From Ignavibacteriota bacterium (GTDB lineage: Bacteria > Bacteroidota > Ignavibacteria > UBA10030 > UBA6906), in NCBI GenBank assembly GCA_016218065.1, contig JACRFA010000109.1, positions 9,624 to 73,623 on the forward strand: 64,000 nt of DNA, read 5' to 3'. The position numbers and the translations under genes were made by a program. Of this stretch, positions 55,983 to 63,432 are shown piece after piece (within the stretch, counting starts at the first letter, position 1; every line of letters begins with the position of its first letter). The notes below the pieces were generated by a model. The model was given only the letters and a program-made list of their open reading frames with translations, ran no database searches and was not told where the DNA came from.

Positions 55983-57941
55983 TCACTTCACAAGTATCAT
56001 CTTTTTCGTCTCAATATGATCGCCGGCGCGAAGTCTGTAGAAATAGACGCCGCTGGTGTAGCGCGCTGCATTCCATTCATACCGGTACTGACCTGTGTTG
56101 AGCGTTTCAGAAACAAGCACATCAACACGTTCACCGGCAACTGTGAAAACCTCCAGCGTTACAAATGATGTGCGCGGCAAATCGAATTGCATAATGGTTA
56201 CCGGGTTAAACGGGTTGGGATAGTTCTGCTTCAACACAAACTTCTCCGGCGTTTCGAAAGAAATCTGCTCAACAGATGACGGCCCGACAGAACTGCCAAG
56301 CGTTAGAGTCCACCCGTTTAGCGTTCCGATATTTCCTGTTGCCCGATCAAACACGCGGAGTATCCACGAGCCCGCAACGTCGAGCGAATTGAATTGAGCC
56401 AACGGTCGCGTTGGTATATAGCGACCACTAAAGGGCGCTACACCGTTTGCAATCGGTGTTACAGCAGAGTCATCAAACACCGTTCCGAGAAAGTTGTCGC
56501 CGGTTCCGCCCACCTGATACGCCAGTGTATCGGTAACGCCAAGATGCACGAGAGAAATTTCCAGGTCGCTGACGTTCGGATGGGTGATAATGACGGACAC
56601 ATTCACATCGCGGACAATCGTGGCGAGCGGAGAATTGGATGAAACGTTAATCGTGTCGAACGCGTTTTGATGATCCTGAATCGGCTTGTTCAGGTTGTTG
56701 CGTGAAAACGTTGAGCCGTCACGCGAATACACCCATGCTGCGCCGGCGTTAGCATTGTCGGCTATCCCACCAACGATAGCCCTGTTCCCGCTCGATGAAA
56801 GAGCGACCGCGGTACCTTGTTGTGCGCTCCCTATTGCACCAGTGCCAACAAGTTTATTTCCTTGCTGAGACCACACGCCGACGCTTCGCGTGAATATCCA
56901 GGCTGCACCCGCGAAGGCGTTGTCATCGACGCCGCCGAGGATCGCGGTATTACCATCACCGGAAAGCGAAACAGAAAAAGCTTGATTCGCATTTCCTGTC
57001 GCGCCAGTGCCTGCGAACTTATTCCCTTGCTGATTCCAAACACCGGCGCTTCGCGTAAATACCCATGCGGCGCCTGCAGAAGCGTTGTCCTCATATCCAC
57101 CCACGAGAGCCGTATTGCCATCGGATGAAAGAGAAACCGAGCGCCCTTGTCGTGCAGCACCTACTGCGCCCGTGCCGACAAGCTTGCGCTGCTGTGACCA
57201 TGTTCCGCCAGCGCGCGTATATATCCACGCAGCTCCCGCGTTTGCATTGTCCGTGTGCCCGCCAACGATCGCTGTATTTCCGTCCGCTGCAAGCGCGACA
57301 GAAATGCCTTGCCTCGCAGCGCCTACGAAATCTCCGGCGACAAGTTTGCTTCCTTGCTGACTCCAGACGCCGCCGCTGCGCGTAAAAATCCACGCCGCGC
57401 CTGCAAAGGTATTGTCACGAAATCCACCGATGATTGCCGTATTGCCATCGGCTGAAAGTGCGACAGCATTACCTTGTTGTGCTACACCGACGGCACCAGT
57501 ACCAACGAGTTTATTTCCTTGTTGACTCCACGTGCTGCCGCTTCGGGTAAAGACCCACGCCGCACCGGCAAAAGCATTGTCACCCAATCCACCTACGATA
57601 GCAGTATTCCCATCGGCTGAAAGAGCCACAGAAAAACCTTGGCTTGCACTCCCGACAGCGCCTGTGCCGACAAGTTTGTTTCCTTGCTGAACCCACGCGC
57701 CGCTGGAACCACTTCGCGTGAATACAAATGCTGCGCCCGCATCCGCATTGTCGCCAATCCCTCCCATGATAGCTGTATTCCCATCGGCGGAAAGTGAAAC
57801 TGAATAACCTTGATACACAGCCGACCCGACAGCAGGACCGCCGATGAGTTTCCTTTCCTGAAGGAACTGTGACCAAGCTGCAACCGGAAGAGAAACAATG
57901 AATACCAGAAGCACGCAAGCAAAACGTGTTGCCACTTTCAT
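55983..57941 (-). CDS. seven-blade FG-GAP-like propeller + proprotein-convertase P-domain + T9SS sorting domain
   Basis: Signal peptide 'PVAAWSQ'. Seven ~55-aa repeats '..QG.SV.LS.DGNTAI.GG..DN...GAAW.FTRS...W.QQG.KLVGTGA.G'. P-domain-like 'VNVSVIITHPNVSDLEISLVH...GSWILRVFDRATGNIGTLNGWTLTL'. Tail 'FVLKQNYPNPFNPVT..MILVK'. Confidence 0.8.
   Translation of the reverse strand: MKVATRFACVLLVFIVSLPVAAWSQFLQERKLIGGPAVGSAVYQGYSVSLSADGNTAIMGGIGDNADAGAAFVFTRSGSSGAWVQQGNKLVGTGAVGSASQGFSVALSADGNTAIVGGLGDNAFAGAAWVFTRSGSTWSQQGNKLVGTGAVGVAQQGNAVALSADGNTAIIGGFRDNTFAGAAWIFTRSGGVWSQQGSKLVAGDFVGAARQGISVALAADGNTAIVGGHTDNANAGAAWIYTRAGGTWSQQRKLVGTGAVGAARQGRSVSLSSDGNTALVGGYEDNASAGAAWVFTRSAGVWNQQGNKFAGTGATGNANQAFSVSLSGDGNTAILGGVDDNAFAGAAWIFTRSVGVWSQQGNKLVGTGAIGSAQQGTAVALSSSGNRAIVGGIADNANAGAAWVYSRDGSTFSRNNLNKPIQDHQNAFDTINVSSNSPLATIVRDVNVSVIITHPNVSDLEISLVHLGVTDTLAYQVGGTGDNFLGTVFDDSAVTPIANGVAPFSGRYIPTRPLAQFNSLDVAGSWILRVFDRATGNIGTLNGWTLTLGSSVGPSSVEQISFETPEKFVLKQNYPNPFNPVTIMQFDLPRTSFVTLEVFTVAGERVDVLVSETLNTGQYRYEWNAARYTSGVYFYRLRAGDHIETKKMILVK
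56706..57851 (-). repeat. seven in-frame tandem coding repeats (~165 nt each)
   Basis: The 'DGNT' motif recurs at residues 53, 110, 165, 220, 274 and 329, with a variant 'SGNR' near 384. Confidence 0.85.
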
Positions 57942-58005
57942 AGAGACTCCTTTTGTTAAATGATTGAGTTTGTACGCCGTTATTTTTTCAATTCTGAGGG
58001 GGCCC

Positions 58006-58052
58006 TTCGACTTCGCTCAGGATAAACTCCGCGACCGAAGAATCTCTCTCTC
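58006..58052. repeat. fragment related to the interior of MITE copies B and C
   Basis: TTCGACTTCGCTCAGGATAAACTCCGCGACCGAAGAATCTCTCTC versus TTCGACTTCGCTCAGCACAGGCTGCGCGACTGAGGAATCTCTCTC at 9079 and 33425. Confidence 0.65.
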
Positions 58053-58231
58053 CATCCAAGTGATATATATCCTTCGCCTGAAAAACGGCTCAGGATTTGG
58101 TTTGTTCCTTCTACAAGTACATGCGTAGAATTTGAAAAACGGGGTCAATCATTTATTGAGATGTAAGGAGGTTTTGGGGTTCAAACGAGGACATCGTTTT
58201 GGAATGGTCTCACCAGGCAAAACAAAATTAC

Positions 58232-58504
58232 TTACTGACTGATGTTACGGATGATGACATTTTCCATGATTGTATGAAACCCTTTCAGGGTTTTTGGAAA
58301 ACTTTGTTTGTAAAATTTCCGAGGGCGTTGCCCTCGGCTGTAGTATTTGTCCCTTTCAGGGACAGCAATTTGCGCTGGTTGACGCTGAAAGCGTCTGATA
58401 TTATAGGTCGGGGCAACGCCCCGACATTCAGACAACAAACGAATCCGAACCCTGAAAGGGTGACATATTAGCGTTGCGTAACATGAGTTACTGACTGATG
58501 TTAC
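58232..58504. repeat. six-hairpin array bounded by a perfect 17-bp direct repeat
   Basis: Direct repeat TTACTGACTGATGTTAC at 58232..58248 and 58488..58504. The hairpins lie at 58277-93 (AAACCCT/AGGGTTT), 58319-37 (CCGAGGG/CCCTCGG), 58349-63 (GTCCCT/AGGGAC), 58381-95 (GACGCT/AGCGTC), 58407-25 (GTCGGGGC/GCCCCGAC) and 58449-61 (ACCCT/AGGGT). Confidence 0.85.
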
Positions 58505-58515
58505 TTGGATGGGAA

Positions 58516-58547
58516 CGCGGATTAGGCGGATTCTCACGGATCTTGAT
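58516..58547. repeat. triple-CGGAT motif repeat, second copy
   Basis: See 52565..52597. It sits between the hairpin array and the sigma-factor stop. Confidence 0.6.
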
Positions 58548-58559
58548 GCGTAGCATCAG

Positions 58560-59129
58560 TTACTGCTTTCCCATTTCTCGAAACAGCCAAGCCTTGGCCA
58601 AGCTCCACTCTCTTTTTACGGTGGAAGGAGAACGACCCAGTGCGCATGCCGTTTCTTCGACATTGAGTCCGGCAAAGAATCGTAACTCGACTACTTTGCT
58701 CAAGCCCGCGTCAAACGATTCCAGTTTCCGCAGAACATCGTCCAGCGCGATAAGGTCTTCATCTGAGCGGATGGGGATTTCCATCGCGTGTTCAAGTGAG
58801 AGATTGGTTTGTCCTTCACCTCTCTTCAGAGAGTTTCGCTTCCTCGCATAGTCTACCAAAATCTGACGCATTGAATTTGCAGCAATACCAAAGAAGTGGG
58901 CTCTGTTTTGCCAGCTAATGTTTTGGTCTCCTAGAAGTTTTATGTAGGCTTCGTGCACAAGTTCGGTGGTTTGAAACGTATGATCTCGATATTCATCGCG
59001 CAAATACTTTGAAGCGATTTTTCTCAACTCGCCATAAACAAGTGGAAGGAGTTTGTCTATCGATCCCTTCTTTCCATCGACAAAATCTTGAAACAGTAAA
59101 GTGATTTCCTGCGGCGGCATTCTGTCCAT
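58560..59129 (-). CDS. ECF-type RNA polymerase sigma factor, TIGR02999-like
   Basis: 'LLPLVYGELRKIASKYLRDE..HTFQTTELVHEAYIKLLG....W.NRAHFFGIAANSMRQILVDYARKR...KRG' and a C-terminal region-4 HTH 'NVEETACALGRSPSTVKREWSLAKAWL'. The gene is AT-rich. Confidence 0.88.
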   Translation of the reverse strand: MDRMPPQEITLLFQDFVDGKKGSIDKLLPLVYGELRKIASKYLRDEYRDHTFQTTELVHEAYIKLLGDQNISWQNRAHFFGIAANSMRQILVDYARKRNSLKRGEGQTNLSLEHAMEIPIRSDEDLIALDDVLRKLESFDAGLSKVVELRFFAGLNVEETACALGRSPSTVKREWSLAKAWLFREMGKQ

Positions 59130-59413
59130 ACGAATACGTGGAAAGCTTTTTAGTGAGAGAAGACAGTCGATCCTGCAATGAAAATAGATTATTACATGCA
59201 GGCAGTCAATAGTGTTGACTGGAAAAGGCTAAGGCAGGATATGTTTGGCAAATTCAGCGTGTGTCCAGCGAAATGCAAACGGTGGACTCATCGTCATGAC
59301 CCCCAACCCGTTCAAATCTGCCGCGTAGATTTCATTCACTTGACTTTGCTCCACTCACCTTTTTTCCGTATTGTCTGATGGACTTCTGAAGTGTCACTTG
59401 TGCATCCCTCGCA

Positions 59414-61921
59414 ATGAGTTCTCAACGAATCGGAAGACTGCTTCTCACTGCTGCACTCCTGCTCTGTCTCTCAGAGTCCGATGCATCGACGCGCGTCGAC
59501 AGCCTGACTGCTCTTCTCTCGCAAAACCTTTCGGACTCCGTTCGCATCTCACTCCTCAATGAACTAACGACCGAGCAACTGCATCTGATGCATCTGAACG
59601 CTGCGAGAGCGTACGCGTCCGAGGCTCTTTCGTTGTCGGTGAAGACTGGCAACACGTACGGCGCCGCGATGAGTTATCGAGTTCTCGGAAGAATCTTTCG
59701 CATTCGAGGGCCGCTCAATCTTCAGTTGGAGAATTTCATCAAGTCACTCGAACTGTTCAGGAGTCTGAGGAATCAGGGTGAGACTGCTGAAGCGTTGCGC
59801 CTGCTGGGGATGGCATACACAAGCGGCAGCGAGTATCCGAAAGCCAAGGAATACCTTGAGGAAGCAAAAGCCCTGTTCGAGCGGCTGCACGACGTAGCGG
59901 GCGTTCGGAAAACGACTGTGCGCTATGCGGTTGTGCTGGGATTCGCGGGACAAACTGCGAACGCTATTGAGCTGCTGAAACAGGTTTTACAATCCGACAC
60001 GTTGGGCATGCGCGAGACGAAAGCCACGGCGTACAGTTATCTTGGCTTCTTCTCGTTCAAGTATGGCAACGTCTCTGCGGCCATTGCCTACCTCAGGCAG
60101 TGCCTGGCTGTCTCTCTGCACTTGGGCAATCCGTTTCTCGTCGCCGACGCGAAAGCGGATCTTGGGTCATATCTGATTGCAGATGGAAAATACGACGAAG
60201 CGATATCCATGCTTCAGGAAGCAAGAACCGCCTTCACGTTGATAGGCACGGTGGTCTATGAGCTTAACGCGCTCGAACAGTTGGCGCATGCATTCGCCGG
60301 AAAGGGAGACTATCGGTCGGCATGGCAAGCGACCGAACAGGCGCTGGCGCTTCAGGAGATTCTCGATCGCCAGCGAAAGGCCGAGCACATTGCCGCGGCC
60401 CAGTTGGAATTTCAGATGCAGAAGCGCGAGCTGCAGACAAAACTGATTCAGCAGGAAAGTGATGACAACCGCCGGTTGGCGATTGTCGTGATCACGGCAT
60501 CTGTTGTTCTGATCGCCTTCATGATTCTGCGACACCAGAGCAACAAGCGGGCGAATGCACTTCTTGCGGCGAAGAACGCGACGATACAACACCATCAGGA
60601 AGAACTCGAACGGAACGTTGCCGAGTTGGAACGCACCGAGGCCGAGCTTGACATCACGAATAAGACGCTGCAACAGAGCGTGCTCGAACGAACCTCCGAA
60701 CTTCGGGCGACCAACGAAGAACTTCAGCGGCAGATCGATACGCGCAAGCAACTGGAACAGCAACTCATCCACGCGCAGAAGATGGAGAGCATCGGCACGC
60801 TTGCGGGAGGGATCGCGCACGACTTCAACAACATTCTCTCCATCGTCCTCGCGCACGCTTCGTTCCTCACTCCCGACAAGCCTGATCAGGTTCTGCAGCG
60901 CAAGGAAGCGATCACGGTTGCCACCGATCGCGCGGCGGCGCTTGTGCGTCAACTTCTGACATTTGCGAGAAAGACCGAAGCGGACGCCGAATGTGTTGAG
61001 GTGAACGAGATCCTCGAAGAGCTTCATCGGCTGTTGGTCGAAACGTTCCCGAAGATCATCAGCATTCAGCGCGAACTTGCCGACGGTTTGCCGTACATCG
61101 GCGGCGATAAATCACAAGTGCATCAGGCGCTGCTGAATCTGTGCGTCAACGCCCGCGACGCCATGCCCAACGGCGGATCGCTCACGCTGAGGACAACGCT
61201 CGTGGACGCGGAGCGCATCACCCACAAATTCCCCGATGCACGTTCCGAAAGCTACGTTCTCATTTCTGTGATCGACACGGGCATTGGGATGGACGAGAAA
61301 ACGAAGCAGCGCATCTTTGAGCCGTTCTTTACGACGAAGGGAATCGGACGCGGAACAGGATTGGGGCTTTCCGTCACGTATGGCGTTGTGGTTGCGCATC
61401 GAGGGTTCATCGATGTGGAGAGCGCGCCCGGAGCGGGCACGGCATTCCACTTGTACATTCCGTGCCTCTCGCAAGGCCACGCTCTTCCCGCGCATGACAT
61501 ACCCGCGCTAGAACACTCGGTCGGCGGGTCGGAAACCATCCTCATTGTCGAGGATGAACCTGATCTCGCCTCGACGCTTGAGTTAGTGCTTGCTACAAAC
61601 GGCTATCACGTTCTGACGGCGACAGACGGCCTGGAGGCAATCGAAATCTTTCGTGAGCGGGCTGATGGAATTGACCTCGTCATCTCCGACATCGGGTTGC
61701 CGAAGCTTGACGGGTGGGAAGCGTACAAAGCAATCAGAGCGATCGCTCCGCGCCAGCGCGTGATCTTTGCGAGCGGGTATTTCGATCCGGAGAAGCGATC
61801 CGAGATGATGGAGTTGGGGCTGAAGCATTTTGTGCCGAAGCCGTACCACGCGCAGAAGATATTGCACGAGATACGAGTTGCGCTTGATGATACGAAAGTT
61901 GCCAACAATCCCACTGCCTGA
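59414..61921 (+). CDS. hybrid sensor histidine kinase/response regulator with N-terminal TPR ectodomain
   Basis: Signal peptide, about 330 aa of TPR repeats, TM segment 'LAIVVITASVVLIAFMIL', coiled coil, H-box 'GGIAHDFNNIL', N/G boxes 'NLCVNARDAM', 'DTGIGM', 'GTGLGLS', and a receiver domain 'ILIVEDE..DLVISDIGLPKLDG..PKPY'. Confidence 0.9.
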   Translation: MSSQRIGRLLLTAALLLCLSESDASTRVDSLTALLSQNLSDSVRISLLNELTTEQLHLMHLNAARAYASEALSLSVKTGNTYGAAMSYRVLGRIFRIRGPLNLQLENFIKSLELFRSLRNQGETAEALRLLGMAYTSGSEYPKAKEYLEEAKALFERLHDVAGVRKTTVRYAVVLGFAGQTANAIELLKQVLQSDTLGMRETKATAYSYLGFFSFKYGNVSAAIAYLRQCLAVSLHLGNPFLVADAKADLGSYLIADGKYDEAISMLQEARTAFTLIGTVVYELNALEQLAHAFAGKGDYRSAWQATEQALALQEILDRQRKAEHIAAAQLEFQMQKRELQTKLIQQESDDNRRLAIVVITASVVLIAFMILRHQSNKRANALLAAKNATIQHHQEELERNVAELERTEAELDITNKTLQQSVLERTSELRATNEELQRQIDTRKQLEQQLIHAQKMESIGTLAGGIAHDFNNILSIVLAHASFLTPDKPDQVLQRKEAITVATDRAAALVRQLLTFARKTEADAECVEVNEILEELHRLLVETFPKIISIQRELADGLPYIGGDKSQVHQALLNLCVNARDAMPNGGSLTLRTTLVDAERITHKFPDARSESYVLISVIDTGIGMDEKTKQRIFEPFFTTKGIGRGTGLGLSVTYGVVVAHRGFIDVESAPGAGTAFHLYIPCLSQGHALPAHDIPALEHSVGGSETILIVEDEPDLASTLELVLATNGYHVLTATDGLEAIEIFRERADGIDLVISDIGLPKLDGWEAYKAIRAIAPRQRVIFASGYFDPEKRSEMMELGLKHFVPKPYHAQKILHEIRVALDDTKVANNPTA

Positions 61922-61922
61922 G

Positions 61923-61943
61923 GAAGGCGCAACAGACGCCTTC
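61923..61943 (+). terminator. hairpin GAAGGCG(n7)CGCCTTC directly after the kinase stop
   Basis: 7-bp perfect stem starting 2 nt after the TGA, with no U-tract. Confidence 0.4.
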
Positions 61944-62263
61944 AGTGCGCGGCTCGAAGCGCAGCCGAAACCCGAGCCAAAGAAAAAATTACCGCTCTAC
62001 CCTACGGGTCGTAGACGAGTCGTAGACCAAGACGCCAGTGTTCTTGAGAGAGGATCAGGGCTTTTCGGTCAGACCTCTGCCGTGTAGTTGCGCCGCAAGC
62101 TCGGCGCGCTGAAACTTCTGGCCCATCGAAACATTCATTGTATCTCCGCGTGCTACTGATCGTGCGACCCAGTTCCACGTAGTCTGTTCTTACCAAAAAT
62201 CAATCCATAGAATTCCAAGAAATTCATGCTCACGGCAAATGAGCACAAAGAAGGAGTGTGTCA

Positions 62264-62509
62264 ATGAAGAAGATATTCGGATTTGGCGAGGAGGTTCGTG
62301 GGTTCAGTATTCCCGTTTTGAACGAACGAGAGATTCGGGCCGCGGCAGGTCTGTTGTTCCTGGCATTGATCGTCTCATCAACGGTGCAGGCTCTTGTTGT
62401 GGTGGGATTCGTTGCGTACATTTTTCTCGCGGTCATCTTCTTCAACGACACGCTCAACGAAAAGCCGTTTGACTTGTTCGGGATTTCCGCTTCAGCACAA
62501 TCCAAATAA
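62264..62509 (+). CDS. DUF4395-like N-terminal fragment (probably truncated)
   Basis: The ATG at 62264 is preceded by AGGAG. 'FGEEVRGFSIPVLNEREIRAAAGLLFL' matches the DUF4395 N-terminus as I recall it, but the ORF is only 81 aa. Family members are, from memory, roughly twice that length. Confidence 0.45.
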   Translation: MKKIFGFGEEVRGFSIPVLNEREIRAAAGLLFLALIVSSTVQALVVVGFVAYIFLAVIFFNDTLNEKPFDLFGISASAQSK

Positions 62510-62523
62510 GAGAGGAGCATTGC

Positions 62524-62904
62524 ATGACCGATGGCGGCTGGATTCGAGAATTTCCCGCGGCGATCACTGTTTGCGACGCGCAGGGAACGATACTCGTGAT
62601 GAATGAAAAAGCATGTAGTACGTTCGCGGATGATGGCGGCGAGAAATTGATCGGGACGAATGTGCGTGATTGCCATCCCGAGCCTGCGCGAACGAAATTG
62701 GCGGCGTTGTTCGAATCCGAGCAGCTGAATGTGTACACAATTGAAAAAGGCGGCGTCAAGAAGCTGATCTACCAATCGCCATGGTATGAGAATGGGAAGT
62801 ACGCGGGGATCGTTGAACTCTCACTGCCGATACCAGAACACGTGCCGCACTTCGTGAGGGATGCGAAGCCTGTCACGGCAACTGGTGCAGCCATAGAGCC
62901 ATGA
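62524..62904 (+). CDS. single PAS-domain protein
   Basis: 126 aa. 'FPAAITVCDAQGTILVMNEKA...GEKLIGTNVRDCHPEPA' followed by beta-strand-rich 'GGVKKLIYQSPWYENGKYAGIVELSLPIP'. Confidence 0.6.
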   Translation: MTDGGWIREFPAAITVCDAQGTILVMNEKACSTFADDGGEKLIGTNVRDCHPEPARTKLAALFESEQLNVYTIEKGGVKKLIYQSPWYENGKYAGIVELSLPIPEHVPHFVRDAKPVTATGAAIEP

Positions 62905-62946
62905 CAGAATCAGGATAACCGGCCGCGGTGTGTCGTTATGGCGCGA
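62888..62946. repeat. 59-nt repeat, copy 2 (overlaps the PAS gene stop codon)
   Basis: CAGCCATAGAGCCATGACAGAATCAGGATAACCGGCCGCGGTGTGTCGTTATGGCGCGA. The TGA at 62902-62904 is the PAS gene stop. Confidence 0.8.
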
Positions 62947-63021
62947 AAAGAGCTGCCGCCGCCTCCTTGCTTCTCCTCACTCTTTCATGTAACTTTTCGC
63001 GGCATCAAGAAAGGACAGGCC

Positions 63022-63426
63022 ATGGCCTATTGGCTGCTCAAGACGGAACCTTCGACCTACTCGTTCTCAGATTTGCTGCGGGAAAAAAAAGCTACTTGGG
63101 ACGGCGTGAGCAACAATCTCGCCCTGAAACATATTCGCTTGATGAAGAAAGGCGATCTCGCGTTCATCTACCATTCGGGCGATGAAAAGTCTGTCGTCGG
63201 CGTGGCCGAGGTCGTCTCCAATCCCTACCCCGATCCCAAACAGCGCGACGAGAAGCTCGCGGTCGTCGATCTGAAGCCGAAGGAGTCGCTGAAAACTCCT
63301 GTGCCGCTCGCGTCGGTGAAAGCGAAGAAAGAATTTGCGCAGTTCGAGCTTGTTCGCATGCCCCGCCTTTCCGTTATGCCGGTCTCGCCGGAACACTGGA
63401 AAACACTCGTCGCGATGTCGAAATAA
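63022..63426 (+). CDS. EVE (PUA-like) domain protein
   Basis: ORF 62938..63426; ATG at 63022. 'MAYWLLKTEPSTYSFSDL.....TWDGV.N..A..H...MK.GD.AFIYHSG....VVG.AEV' is canonical EVE. Confidence 0.85.
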   Translation: MAYWLLKTEPSTYSFSDLLREKKATWDGVSNNLALKHIRLMKKGDLAFIYHSGDEKSVVGVAEVVSNPYPDPKQRDEKLAVVDLKPKESLKTPVPLASVKAKKEFAQFELVRMPRLSVMPVSPEHWKTLVAMSK

Positions 63427-63432
63427 TTCTGT

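Noticed and set aside
58199-58537. ORFs 58199..58471(+) and 58232..58537(-).
   Set aside because: They run through the six-hairpin array, and their sequence is dictated by the palindromes. There is no RBS or family resemblance.
61944-62257. 314-bp gap after the hybrid kinase, including ORF 62002..62196(-) and a 27-codon ORF (about 62060-62140, minus strand).
   Set aside because: I could recognise no domain signature, repeat or RNA motif. It is left unannotated.
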